Shown piece by piece: positions 1 through 11,684 of a stretch of 63,788 bases of DNA (within the stretch, counting starts at the first letter, position 1; every line of letters starts with the position of its first letter). Origin of the DNA: Asterias rubens (lineage: Eukaryota); assembly GCF_902459465.1 (NCBI RefSeq), contig NW_022985739.1, positions 1 through 63,788 of the forward strand. Direction: 5' to 3'. The notes under the pieces were generated by a model. It saw only the letters and a program-made list of their open reading frames with translations, ran no database searches and was not told where the DNA came from. Both the position numbers and the translations under genes were made by a program.

Positions 1-9
1 TTTCCATAC

Positions 10-111
10 CATGCTCAATATAAACTGTTATAGTTATTCCATCCGGACAGCTAAGTATGATGTGTTGACTATCTTTCTTTTTCTTCACTAAACACTCATT
101 TACCAGGTGTC
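10..111 (-). CDS. Exon: VWD continuation; gene continues beyond the left edge (not in ORF track)
   Basis: ttttgtttcaAG / GTatgg; 102 bp, phase 1 to 1; GHLVNECLVKKKKDSQHIILSCPDGITITVYIEH, similar to the V.F..GI.V.V strand of VWD. Confidence 0.75.
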
Positions 112-283
112 CTTGAAACAAAACACAAAACATAATACATAGTTTAGTAATTGGCTAAAACCAAGGTAATGATATAACTGATTTGTTTATAAAATAAATA
201 AGTGACTGTTCATGTATTTGTGGTACTCTAAAAAGTGTTCAAAAAAGACCAATTTCAGTGTTTATTTAAATTTCACAAATGTT

Positions 284-655
284 TTAAAGGAACATTACAG
301 AATTGGTTTTGTTAACAAAACATTTTCTGGCAGTGCAAGCACTCTATGTTATCCACCATATACATAAACTGACAAACCTGTAGAAGTTTGAGATCGATTG
401 GCCATCTGGGTCACGAGAGAATAGTGAAAAACTGATTACAAATTTTGCATGACATTGATGCAAACAAAAAATGAATAAAACGCTCACTGAGCGATAAACT
501 CCAAACGCAAAGTTTAATTAATTATTTCTCATCATTTCAGGCAGAAATATTTCAAGGAATGTTTTCTATCATCATCATTAGACTGTGTAAACTTTATGTA
601 AATCTGTGATCTTCACGATTTTGTTTTCTTACCAAATTCTGTAACGTTCCTTTAA
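284..655. mobile_element. MITE with TTAA target sites (Kolobok/piggyBac-type)
   Basis: TTAA-AGGAACATTACAGAATT-GGT ... ACC-AAATTCTGTAACGTTCCT-TTAA inverted termini. Confidence 0.8.
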
Positions 656-1217
656 GCTAGAAAACAAGATAACCACAATGACTTTATGACATGTGGTTAT
701 TAATAGGGAGATTTTAGAGCTTCCTGCTTGAACTGGAAGTAAATGTCATGGTAGAGTCATTCCTCAAAACAAAATGCTGGAAGTGTTGAAAGCTACAAGA
801 CATTACAAATGTTACGACTTTACGAAATGTGGTTCAGAAGATGATTTTTTGAAGAAATAAGCTTTGAAAATGTGTATTTCATATTGTACTTACAAATTTG
901 ATAAGATACCCAATATGGTATACCAATTCGATGCATTACAGTAGTCTTCGAATGCGCAATCACGGCACAATCAGCCTGCTAGCCATGGGGTCTGATTTGT
1001 CACTTCATCATTAATTATTGTGGAGTTGGATTTAGTTTTAAAGGCCTTGAATAATTCTTATTGATTGAAAGCATTTGCTTATTTTAGGTAACTAATATAG
1101 AACTTGTTTTGAAAAGATTTTAACTAACCAAAAACACACTGGTTTTGTGCACAAATACAAAACGGGCAACCTACTTAGTTTCAACATAATCGCATCAAAA
1201 AGTGCACCTTTAATAGT

Positions 1218-2545
1218 ACAGATGATTATTATGGATGTCAACGACTAATGCAGATGATTATCATGGATTTCTACGACTAATGCAGATGATTATCATGGAT
1301 GTCTACGACTAATGCAGATGATTATCATGGATGTCTACGACTAATGCAGATGATTATCATGGATGTCTACGACTAATGCAGATGATTATTATGGATGTCT
1401 ACGACTAATGCAGATGACTATCATAGATGTCTACGACTAATGCAGATGATTATCATGGATGTCTACGACTAATGCAGATGATTATCATGGATGTCTACGA
1501 CTAATGCAGATAATTATCATGGATGTCTACGACTATGCAGATGATTATCATGGATGTCTACGACTATGCAGATAATTATCATGGATGTCTACGACTGTGC
1601 AGATGATTATTATGGATGTCTACGACTAATGCAGATAATTATTATGGATGTCTACGACTAATGCAGATAATTATCATGGATGTCTACGACTAATGCAGAT
1701 GATTACAATGGATGTCTACGACTAATGCAGATGATTATCATGGATGTCTACGACTAATGCAGATGATTATCATGGATGTCTACGACTAATGCAGATGATT
1801 ATCATGGATGTCTACGACTAATGCAGATGATTATCATGGATGTCTGCGATTAATGCAGATGATTATCATGGATGTCAACGAGTAATGCAGATGATTATCA
1901 TGGATGTCTGCGATTAATGCAGATGATTATTATGGATGTCTACAACTAATGCAGATGATTATCATGGATGTCTACAACTAATGCAGATGATTATCATGGA
2001 TGTCTACGACTAATGCAGATGATTATCATGGATGTCAACGACTAATGCAGATGATTATCATAGATGTCTACGACTAATGCAGATGATTATTATGGATGTC
2101 TACAACTAACGCAGATGATTATTATGGATGTCTACGACTAATGCAGATGATTATTATGGATGTCAACGACTAATGCAAATGATTATTATGGATGTCTACG
2201 ACTAATGCAGATGATTATCATGGATGTCTACTACTAATGCAGATGATTATCATGGATGTCTACGACTAATGCAGATGATTATTATGGATGTCTACAACTA
2301 ATGCAGATGATTATCATGGATGTCTACGACTAATGCAGATGATTATCATGGATGTCAACGACTAATGCAGATGATTATTATGGATGTCTATGACTAATGC
2401 AGATGATTATCATGGATGTCTACGACTAATGCAGATGATTATCATGGATGTCAACGACTAATGCAGATGATTATCATGGATGTCTACGACTAATGTTGGT
2501 TATTATCGTGGATGTCTACGACTAATGCAGATAATTATCATGGAT
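1218..2545. repeat. 32-bp minisatellite, about 41 copies, intronic
   Basis: Unit TAATGCAGATGATTATCATGGATGTCTACGAC; period 32 (e.g. 1281 to 1313) with recurrent variants. Confidence 0.97.
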
Positions 2546-2650
2546 GGCTAGAAGTAGCATTAAATGCACTCCAGCGATATTCCACACTGTCATGCAGGTG
2601 AAGGCATCACTTGTGGAAGCAAATATTATGACTGACAAACATGTATGTAC

Positions 2651-2738
2651 CTTGTTCTATTTGATCCTCAGTTAATATGTTGGTCTTATCAATCCTGACT
2701 ATGAAGTTTGTTCCAGTTGCATCCACTTCAAAGCCCAC
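2651..2738 (-). CDS. Exon: VWD continuation (not in ORF track)
   Basis: attttttaaAG / GTacat; 88 bp, phase 0 to 1; VGFEVDATGTNFIVRIDKTNILTEDQIEQ; phases fit both neighbours. Confidence 0.75.
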
Positions 2739-3179
2739 CTTTAAAAAATAATAAGTCAGTTTCCAAGTGTATCATGAGCAAAACAAATAATACCCTGAAT
2801 AATAATAGATAGTCAAAAAAACAAAACAAAATAATGTTTATTCTTTTTTTCTGGAGGTTTTTCCCATTTTTCCTGTGACCCCAATATCACCAAAACAAGA
2901 TTCAAGTGTCTATTTATAATGCACACCACTGTATAAGATGCAAATTAGGCCCTAAAGAGGTGCCACTTCACTGTTGGTACATCACCACACAGGTGTACTG
3001 TGTTAGAACATGACATTTGCCACAACAGATAAGTATCAAAATTTCTCAAAATAATTGTTAGCATAGAACCTTACTTGGTAACGAGTAATGGGGAGCTGTT
3101 GATAATATAGAACATTGTGAAAAAAACGACTCCCTCTGAAGTATTGTAGTTTTGAAGAAAAAAGTAATTTTCCACGAAT

Positions 3180-6170
3180 TTGATTTCTGCTGGTATCATT
3201 TATACCGATATCTCTGACCATCTTCCTCTATTTCAAACCACTCCTTTTTGTTTTCATCAAGAGCAGTCACCTGATAAAACATACACTACTAGGCCTATCA
3301 ATAGCTTCACGCTAAATGCGTTTCGGTCAGACCTTGAATGTACTGATTGGACTGGTGTTTTCCACTCGTCTGATGTGGATCTTGCCTACAATTCCTTTCT
3401 TTCTACTTTTACAGATCTCTACAATCACCACTTTCCTCTTGTTTTGAAATCTGCAGTCAAAGTTAAACAAAAACAGCCCTGGATTTCTCAAGCTATTATT
3501 ACTTCTATCAACCCAAAAAATAAACTTTACAAGCAGTTCTTACGCAATCCATCTGCAACCAATTAGCATAACTTCAAATGCTTCAGAAATCGACTAACAA
3601 CAATTATCTGAGTAGCAAAAGAGCTTATGCTCGCAAATTGGATGCCGATAAAAACAACATAAAAACACCTGCCATGAAGTCAATGACATTCTTGGCAAGA
3701 AAAGAAAGGTGGATATCCCAGAGGAAGTTACTGATGACGGACAGCAGACATTTTCTAGCCCCTGTGATGTTGAAAATTGTATTGACACTTACTTCACCAA
3801 CATTGGCTCTTCACTTTCCACTAAGTTTGGCCTCGTCTTGGTTTAGATCTAATAAGCTGTCACTCAACTCGAGCAAAACCAAAAACATGTTTTCAGCAGG
3901 ACTCGCAAAGCATACGACCATTTCACCATCAATATTAATAATACTCCAATCGAACATAGGTTCACTCAACAAAGTTCTTAGGAGTTTTAATTGATGATAG
4001 TTGACCTGGAAAGATCACATCTCCTCTGTCTCAAAAATTGTTTCTCGCAACACAGGCATTATGTCTAAGCTTTGTTCGTTTCTTCCCAAACACACACTAC
4101 TTTCTGTCTACAACACTCTTAATCTTCCCTATCTTAATTATTGTAATATTGTTTGGGCTCACTCCAGCACTAGCAAACTTCATTCTCTCTTAATCCAAAA
4201 AAGGGCTATCCATACCCATTCTATAGCCCTTTTCACACGAGAGCCGAAGACCAACGTCCCTTGTTGTGGGCGCCAGTTGTCTGTCACAAAGGTTGTTTGC
4301 GATTTCATGACCAACATTCACATGATCGCGCACATTGTGTTCCCGACGTCCCTTGTTTATGTGAGATCGCACTGTGTGTTGTTTATCAGTTCGCTGGTGC
4401 TCTGTCAGTGTCCCGTTAAGTGTCATGTATTTGCTTTAGGTTACCACCGATCATTTTCAATGTGTTTTTCAGGCATAAGAATTTTCCGGATTTTTCACCG
4501 AGTCTCTGAGTTCAGTGTGAATTTGAATAAAAAATTGGGGGATGAGCGAATGGGTTTGCGTCCACACCACACTGTCACACCATCATTAATTGCATGCATT
4601 AAAAGACGTTCAGAGTGCTTTTCGATCGGATTCATCCCTTGCTAGATGTTGACGTCGCCAGAATATGCATGTGTGGAACAATTGCAGCGAAGTACATGTA
4701 CTTTATATGTACAGCGATTGATCACAACCAAATTCTCACTACATTCCGTAATAGAGTAAAGAACAGTCCTACTTGTGTTTTGTATGTGCGGTGCGCGCAA
4801 TGTGTATGCTTTTGTTGAACATAAAAAGGAATGACTGTCAAGTCTATCTGCACACGTATGTTTACAGTTTTCGTCCCTGTTTTTGCTACAATCAAAATAA
4901 CACTCGGTGTCGTTCTGTGTTTTGCAACGTTCAGCCACTGGGATGTCGAGGAAATTGACAAACGTTAACAAGTAAACGATTTCTCAGCGTCCCAACTCCA
5001 AAGATGAATGTATCCGAAAGCATTTTGTTTGAAATTGCAAGCGGAAAAGCCAGATTCAAGGCTTTCTTGATCGGAAGCTTCTTGGTCATAGAAAAAAAAC
5101 TTTTGAGGAAAGCAATAAAATAAACTAATTTTAAATTTGTGACGCCGACACAATTTTTTCCGGATACCTGGAATAGACGACCTTTCTCCATCAGGTAATG
5201 ACAGGTACTGCTTAAAAGTTTGTGCATAAGGAAAGTAAACCCAATGGTTTGTGCATGCATGATTGTTGTGCGATCACCAGGAACCTTGGTAATATAGTGT
5301 GTGTCGTCTCACACGGGTGATCTCGGCGATTCTAAACAAGGTTGCGATTTTTGGAGGAGGTCTTGATCCCGGTTGTTTATTACGCTGGTCCATGGTGATT
5401 TCATCGCACGGATTCATTTCACACGACACACATTTGTGATTATATAACGGGAATGTAATTTCACTCCCAATGACCATGGTTTAGAAAGCTCGTGTGAAAC
5501 GGGCTTTAGTCTCATTGTCGTGACCATACATGTACTGCGCCCTTGTTTGCCAATTTGAGCACACTCACACTCTTGGATATCAACAAACTTCAAACAGGCA
5601 TTTTCTTGTTCAAATACACAAAAAATCTTCTGCCCCACACTTTCTTTAATTACTTTCCCTCTGTCAGCAACACGCACCTTTTATTTATATAACACACGCT
5701 CTAATAATGATCTCTTTATCCCTTTTCCACGCACATTTTTCTAAATGAACACTCTTCGCTATCATGGGCCCCGCCTCTGGAATTCAATTGATAGGCGTAT
5801 TCGCTGACAGTCCTCTATTGGTCGATTCAAAGCCTCCTTCAAAATACACATTGTCTCCCATTATGTAACATAATTGTGATTCTGACATTATCTTGGTTTA
5901 ACTCTTTCGTCGTGGCTGTCTTGTGCATTTGGCATTGTTTGTTTGTTTGTTTGTTGGGGTGTCGGTTGGTTTGTTTGTTGGAGGTGTTTGTTTGTTTGTT
6001 TGCTTGTTTGTCTTGTTGGGGTGTTTGTTTTTGCGTTTCGTTTATCCGCCTCGTTTTGATGTATATATGTTGTTAATATGCATTGTTTTATTATTTCTTA
6101 TTATATATTTTATTGTTTTGTAAAGGTATCCCAGCCTACAAGCTTTGCTTTAATGGGCCATAAACTTACA
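3180..6170 (+). mobile_element. Decayed, internally deleted LINE (CR1/L2 group, Crack/Daphne-like), split by a DNA-transposon insertion
   Basis: Endonuclease end ISDHLP, PWISQAI, WF..NKLSLN.SKTK, WKDHISSV...YLNYCNIVW; resumes near 5510 with APLF..L.LLDINKLQTGIFLFKY and YHGPRLWNS; most of the RT core is missing. Confidence 0.8.
4225..5505. mobile_element. Non-autonomous PIF/Harbinger-like element inserted in the LINE
   Basis: Termini AGCCCTTTTCACACGAG / CTCGTGTGAAACGGGCT (17 bp, 1 mismatch); LINE reading frame stops before and resumes after; no clean TSD seen. Confidence 0.65.
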
Positions 6171-6219
6171 CTGTTTGAAGATAATTATAGTAGAAAGCAT
6201 ACCTTAAACTATTATTTGC

Positions 6220-6350
6220 TGAGGTGCTGTAGTTTTTGAGAAATGAGTAAAACAATGTCATGAAAATTATTTTCATGACATTGTTTACTCATTTCTCAAA
6301 AACTACAGCACCTCATTTCATGACATTGTTTTACTCATTTCTCAAAAACT
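6220..6350. repeat. ~96-bp fold-back palindrome plus a duplicated right arm
   Basis: TGAGGTGCTGTAG...CATGAAAAT / ATTTTCATG...CTACAGCACCTCA, ~47-bp arms with one indel; 6316-6350 repeats part of the right arm. Confidence 0.9.
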
Positions 6351-6518
6351 AGACCCTTCAAATGTCCACAAGTTTGTTATTTTGTGCATTATGTTGAGCT
6401 AACCAAGTGAGAAGACTGGTCTTTGACAAACTACCAAAAAGTGTTCAGTGTGAAGGTCAAGCACACGCAGACATACTTCATTTTTTCCGGTATTCCACTC
6501 ACTATCACCGGCATGTCA

Positions 6519-6950
6519 ACTAGACCGCTCAGCCACAACATGCCACAAAGGCACAAGTTACATGACAGGGATTTAAATCCACACTCTGCTGCTGAAAACA
6601 CCAAAGCTTGGGTCCAGTGAACTAGACCGCTCAGCCACAACATGCCACAAAGGCACAAGTTACATGACAGGGATTTAAATCCACACTCTGCTGCTGACAA
6701 CACCAAAGCTTGGGTCCAGTGAACTAGATCGCTCAGCCACAACATGCCACAAAGGCACAAGTTACATGACAGGGATTTAAATCCACACTCTGCTGCTGAA
6801 AACACCAGAGCTTGGGTCCAGTGAACTAGATCGCTCAGCCGCAACATGCCACAAAGGCACACGTTACATGACAGGGATTTAAATCCACACTCTGCTGCTG
6901 ACAACACCAAAGCTTGGGTCCAGTGAACTAGACCGCTCAGCCGCAACATG
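6519..6950 (-). repeat. Tandem array (102-bp period, 4 units plus a partial) of a tRNA-derived SINE head
   Basis: Motif TAGAYCGCTC recurs at 6521, 6623, 6725, 6827, 6929; each unit has an A-box-like (T/C)GGCTGAGCG(G/A)T and a B-box-like GGATTTAAATCC on the minus strand. Confidence 0.85.
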
Positions 6951-8619
6951 CAAAAAATCTGGAATATTCCATTTCATAATGCAAAGCCGAGTGAAATGGA
7001 GAAGCCAAATTTCACAGAGTACATGTAAGCATAATCAGGGAAAATGCAAAAACGAAAGGCGTTTATATAAAATATTTGTTTTATATAACTCCTAGTTCAG
7101 GATAAGCAAACACCTTGTATCAACCCGGAACTATTAACTTCTAAGCTTATCTGAGTGTCAGAATTTAACCTCATGGAGACATGTGAATAGAGTATTTCCC
7201 TCCTCAGTAGCTGTGAGTTTAGTAGAAGTTTGCTGATCTCGTGAATAATCTATCAGTAGGCAGGGCCAGTAGGTAGTTGTTCAGTGTGTTTGTTATATTT
7301 AAATGCTTTGCCTTATTTAGGTCTGCTGTGGTAAGTCATCCCCCCCCCCAAAGAATTCCTTAGGGCATTATGTTCCGGTCAAGTATGACGTTTTGAATGG
7401 GTGAAATTTTGAGATATGTTGAGTACATGGGTGCGGTCAGGGAGAGTGAGTGTATGCTAGCTGTGTGTTGGATAGAGGGAGGTCATTCTAGCAGCGTCTT
7501 AGATAGAGAGAGGATGTGATCCTTGTTGATCCAGTGACAGAAAATTGCACTGGGTGTTGGTCTCTGCAAATCTATGTGATTGTGCCCCATTGCCAAAATC
7601 ACAGCAGATTTTCAGGCTGTTATATATAATTTAAGGCAAATTGGTCGGAGTGAGGAGACAACAGTACTGAGAGCTGAACTTTAAGAGCTACACTATTATG
7701 GAAACGGTAAGTACATTTTTATTGCATGCTTACTGCATTTCAAACTTTACTAAAATCAAGTGCATGATGCTATTTCTCGTTCCAAGAAGAAGTTTAGTTT
7801 TAAATCGGTGTGGTTTGGAAAATTCGAGTCATGGCTATGTTCAATGCTTATTACATTTATTCAAGAGGCATGTTCATTTAATTCTCTAGTGTTTTGGACT
7901 TTGAAAATGTTCATCAATTTGTGTGTAAGAAAGTTAATGGAAGATTCATGGAAAACTTTGAGCAGTTTATTATTCTTTTGTTGGACATATTTATTAGAAG
8001 ATTGAGGTTTACTTTTACCAACAAATAGATGGTTTTCACCCCTGGGTGTGAGTGTTAATGGAAACATAGAAGAAACGCCAGACTGAGTGTCGGCCGATGA
8101 TACAAGACGTCCCAGGTCCAATGAATTTGGTTGCTACATAAGCAGCAGAGGGCGCAACAACTTTTGAGAACTTTGTGAAGTGAACTTTGAATTTTGTGAC
8201 TGGTTTCGCAGCGACTTGAACCACAACACGTTAATTTGAGTTTACTGTGTGGGAGCTGGGATTTTCTAGCTTTAATCTTTGTGGAGTGGAAAGTGGACGC
8301 CTATAATCCGGTGGGACCGTTTCTTTACTTATTATTGTATAATCTCTAATGTGAGATATATTTATGTGGAAAGCTTAAGTGAGTGATCAATAACCTATAA
8401 TATAAAAAGTGTGTATTTATCAACGCCAGTGTCACCTCTTTTGAAGGAAGTTGTAAGTAATTTTGGGGAGTAAAATCTGCCCCAAGTTCATAGCAGAACA
8501 TTGCTTTTCCTTTGTGTGTGACAAAAACGTTTACCACAGCTTAGAACAGTGAACACTCTAGAGCTGTGGGTTTTGGGATTTCTGTAATTGTAAATATTAA
8601 GAACTGCCAAGAATTGATC

Positions 8620-10387
8620 AAGGGCATAGTTCGTGTATTATGAAAGGTGCCATATAGTCAAGGTGACTGTTAAGGGCATAGTTGATATATTATGAAAGGT
8701 GCCATATAGTCAAGGTGACTGTTAAGGGCATAGTTGGTGTATTATGAAAGGTGCCATATAGTCAAGGTGACTGTTAAGGGCATAGTTGGTGTATTATGAA
8801 AGGTGCCATATAGTCAAGGTGACTGTTAAGGGCATAGTTGGTGTATTATGAAAGGTGCCATATAGTCAAGGTGACTGTTAAGGGCATAGTTGGTGTATTA
8901 TGAAAGGTGCCATATAGTCAAGGTGACTGTTAAGGGCATAGTTGGTGTATTATGAAAGGTGCCATATAGTCAAGGTGACTGTTAAGGGCATAGTTGGTGT
9001 ATTATGAAAGGTGCCATATAGTCAAGGTGACTGTTAAGGGCATAGCTGGTGTATTATGAAAGGTGCCATATAGTCAAGGTGACTGTTAAGGGCATAGTTG
9101 GTGTATTATGAAAGGTGCCATATAGTCAAGGTGACTGTTAAGGGCATAGTTGGTGTATTATGAAAGGTGCCATATAGTCAAGGTGACTGTTAAGGGCATA
9201 GTTGGTGTATTATGAAAGGTGCCATATAGTCAAGGTGACTGTTAAGGGCATAGTTGGTGTATTATGAAAGGTGCCATATAGTCAAGGTGACTGTTAAGGG
9301 CATAGTTGGTGTATTATGAAAGGTGCCATATAGTCAAGGTGACTGTTAAGGGCATAGTTGGTGTATTATGAAAGGTGCCATATAGTCAAGGTGACTGTTA
9401 AGGGCATAGTTGGTGTATTATGAAAGGTGCCATATAGTCAAGGTGACTGTTAAGGGCATAGTTGGTGTATTATGAAAGGTGCCATATAGTCAAGGTGACT
9501 GTTAAGGGCATAGTTGGTGTATTATGAAAGGTGCCATATAGTCAAGGTGACTGTTAAGGGCATAGTTGGTGTATTATGAAAGGTGCCATATAGTCAAGGT
9601 GACTGTTAAGGGCATAGTTGGTGTATTATGAAAGGTGCCATATAGTCAAGGTGACTGTTAAGGGCATAGTTGGTGTATTATGAAAGGTGCCATATAGTCA
9701 AGGTGACTGTTAAGGGCATAGTTGGTGTATTATGAAAGGTGCCATATAGTCAAGGTGACTGTTAAGGGCATAGTTGGTGTATTATGAAAGGTGCCATATA
9801 GTCAAGGTGACTGTTAAGGGCATAGTTGGTGTATTATGAAAGGTGCCATATAGTCAAGGTGACTGTTAAGGGCATAGTTGGTGTATTATGAAAGGTGCCA
9901 TATAGTCAAGGTGACTGTTAAGGGCATAGTTGGTGTATTATGAAAGGTGCCATATAGTCAAGGTGACTGTTAAGGGCATAGTTGGTGTATTATGAAAGGT
10001 GCCATATAGTCAAGGTGACTGTTAAGGGCATAGTTGGTGTATTATGAAAGGTGCCATATAGTCAAGGTGACTGTTAAGGGCATAGTTGGTGTATTATGAA
10101 AGGTGCCATATAGTCAAGGTGACTGTTAAGGGCATAGTTGGTGTATTATGAAAGGTGCCATATAGTCAAGGTGACTGTTAAGGGCATAGTTGGTGTATTA
10201 TGAAAGGTGCCATATAGTCAAGGTGACTGTTAAGGGCATAGTTGGTGTATTATGAAAGGTGCCATATAGTCAAGGTGACTGTTAAGGGCATAGTTGGTGT
10301 ATTATGAAAGGTGCCATATAGTCAAGGTGACTGTTAAGGGCATAGTTGGTGTATTATGAAAGGTGCCATATAGTCAAGGTGACTGTT
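8620..10387. repeat. 52-bp minisatellite, 34 near-identical copies, intronic
   Basis: Unit AAGGGCATAGTTGGTGTATTATGAAAGGTGCCATATAGTCAAGGTGACTGTT; 34 x 52 = 1768 bp. Confidence 0.98.
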
Positions 10388-10839
10388 AAACTGAGATTGA
10401 TACATTATCCAGTCAAATAGTTTCCTTTAATTGAATTTAGGTTTGTGTCCGATGAAATTGGACACAGTCTGTTTTATTTAAAACCTTTCTGAATTTGAGA
10501 AGGCATTTTGGAACAGGTTATGACCAAAGTATTTAGATCATTCAATGATGTGGATTTCATTTAATAATATTGATTTGTGAGTTACATGTAGACCAAACTT
10601 AGTGAAGGTTGGAGAGAAGTGTATTTATTAAACTTGTAATTATTTATTGTAAATATGTAACTCTGTTGTCACTTGTCTGTTATTATTTGAGTTTGCCTAG
10701 ATTGTCTTTCGGTCATGGTTGCCCTGCGGGGAGCTGTGACACTAAGTGAGAGTGGCCTTTAACTACTTTAATTGTAATAAGGTCTAGGTTACAATGAGGG
10801 ATTGAGCTAAAAACTCATTAAAAATCAGTGAAGACTTAC

Positions 10840-11048
10840 ACTACTTCCGCTTTGATGATGATTCATACCAAAATAGGTGAAATAAGTAGCTTCTGCATCT
10901 GAATTGGTCACTACTTCGCCTCGTTCTGCACGAGCTGCCAATTCAAAAATTCGTGGTGAGATGGATGTCAGGCCGAACTCTCCGTTCCCATTAAAAGTGT
11001 ACTGCAAATTATCAAAGGTTGTATAGTGCGGGTCACCTACACACCATG
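10840..11048 (-). CDS. Exon: VWD start with GDPH motif
   Basis: ttttctgctttccAG / GTaagt; 209 bp, phase 1 to 0; AWCVGDPHYTTFDNLQYTFNGNGEFGLTSISPRIFELAARAERGEVVTNSDAEATYFTYFGMNHHQSGSS. Confidence 0.92.
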
Positions 11049-11684
11049 CTGGAAAGCAGAAAAAAAAAATCAAAAATTAAAAGATGCAAACATTTTTTTT
11101 AAATGAGGCAACCCTAATTATAAAAAGAAAATGGCACTCCCAGTTCAATAATGTAAATTTTGGGTTGCATAATTTGGCAGACATTGCTGACAATCGTAGT
11201 GTACATTTATGAGGTTTAAGTTTTTTCAGTTCCAAAATTGATTTAGATGTATACCGATTTTAGTTATGTTTCACTGCTAAGCTGCATACATGTACAGTAT
11301 GAGCTTGTGTGAAACGACACTCGGCATGATTACCAGGGTCCGGGGCGATGCATGCACAAACCATGAATTTTCTTTTCTCCGTGCACAAACTACACGTCAT
11401 CAGCCCAGTGGAGAAAAGTTATCCATCGAAATGATGTCAGCGGCACAAATTGAAAACTAGTTATATTGCATTTAGGGGGACATGTCCCCCCAACTTTTGG
11501 AGGGTTTGTCCCCCATGTTTTTGACAAGCTCAACTACACTGTGTCCCGCTATGGGCATCAATCCTGGGAGAAACATATGGCACCACTTTCTATAGGGTGG
11601 GGCACACTTTATCAAATATCCCCCTATACAAAATTGGCCCAAGATTGCACCACAGAGCATCTACCCCACGCCGTAAAGCTTAAC

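Noticed and set aside
860-1000. Possible exon ending at a GTAAGT near 890
   Set aside because: Every phase-1 acceptor tried hits a stop; 2651 splices in frame to 111 without it.
1218-2545. Each 32-bp unit reads ATG CAG ATG ATT ATC ATG GAT GTC TAC GAC TAA with TAATG stop/start overlap (mini-ORF MQMIIMDVYD)
   Set aside because: Antisense to the host intron, broken in several units, and expected by chance in an AT-rich repeat; no sign of translation.
6431-6949. 172-aa Cys-rich repetitive ORF
   Set aside because: Result of the 102-bp (multiple of 3) SINE-head repeat.
1218-10387. 32-bp and 52-bp arrays as CRISPR arrays
   Set aside because: Units are contiguous with no unique spacers, no cas genes, and the context is eukaryotic.
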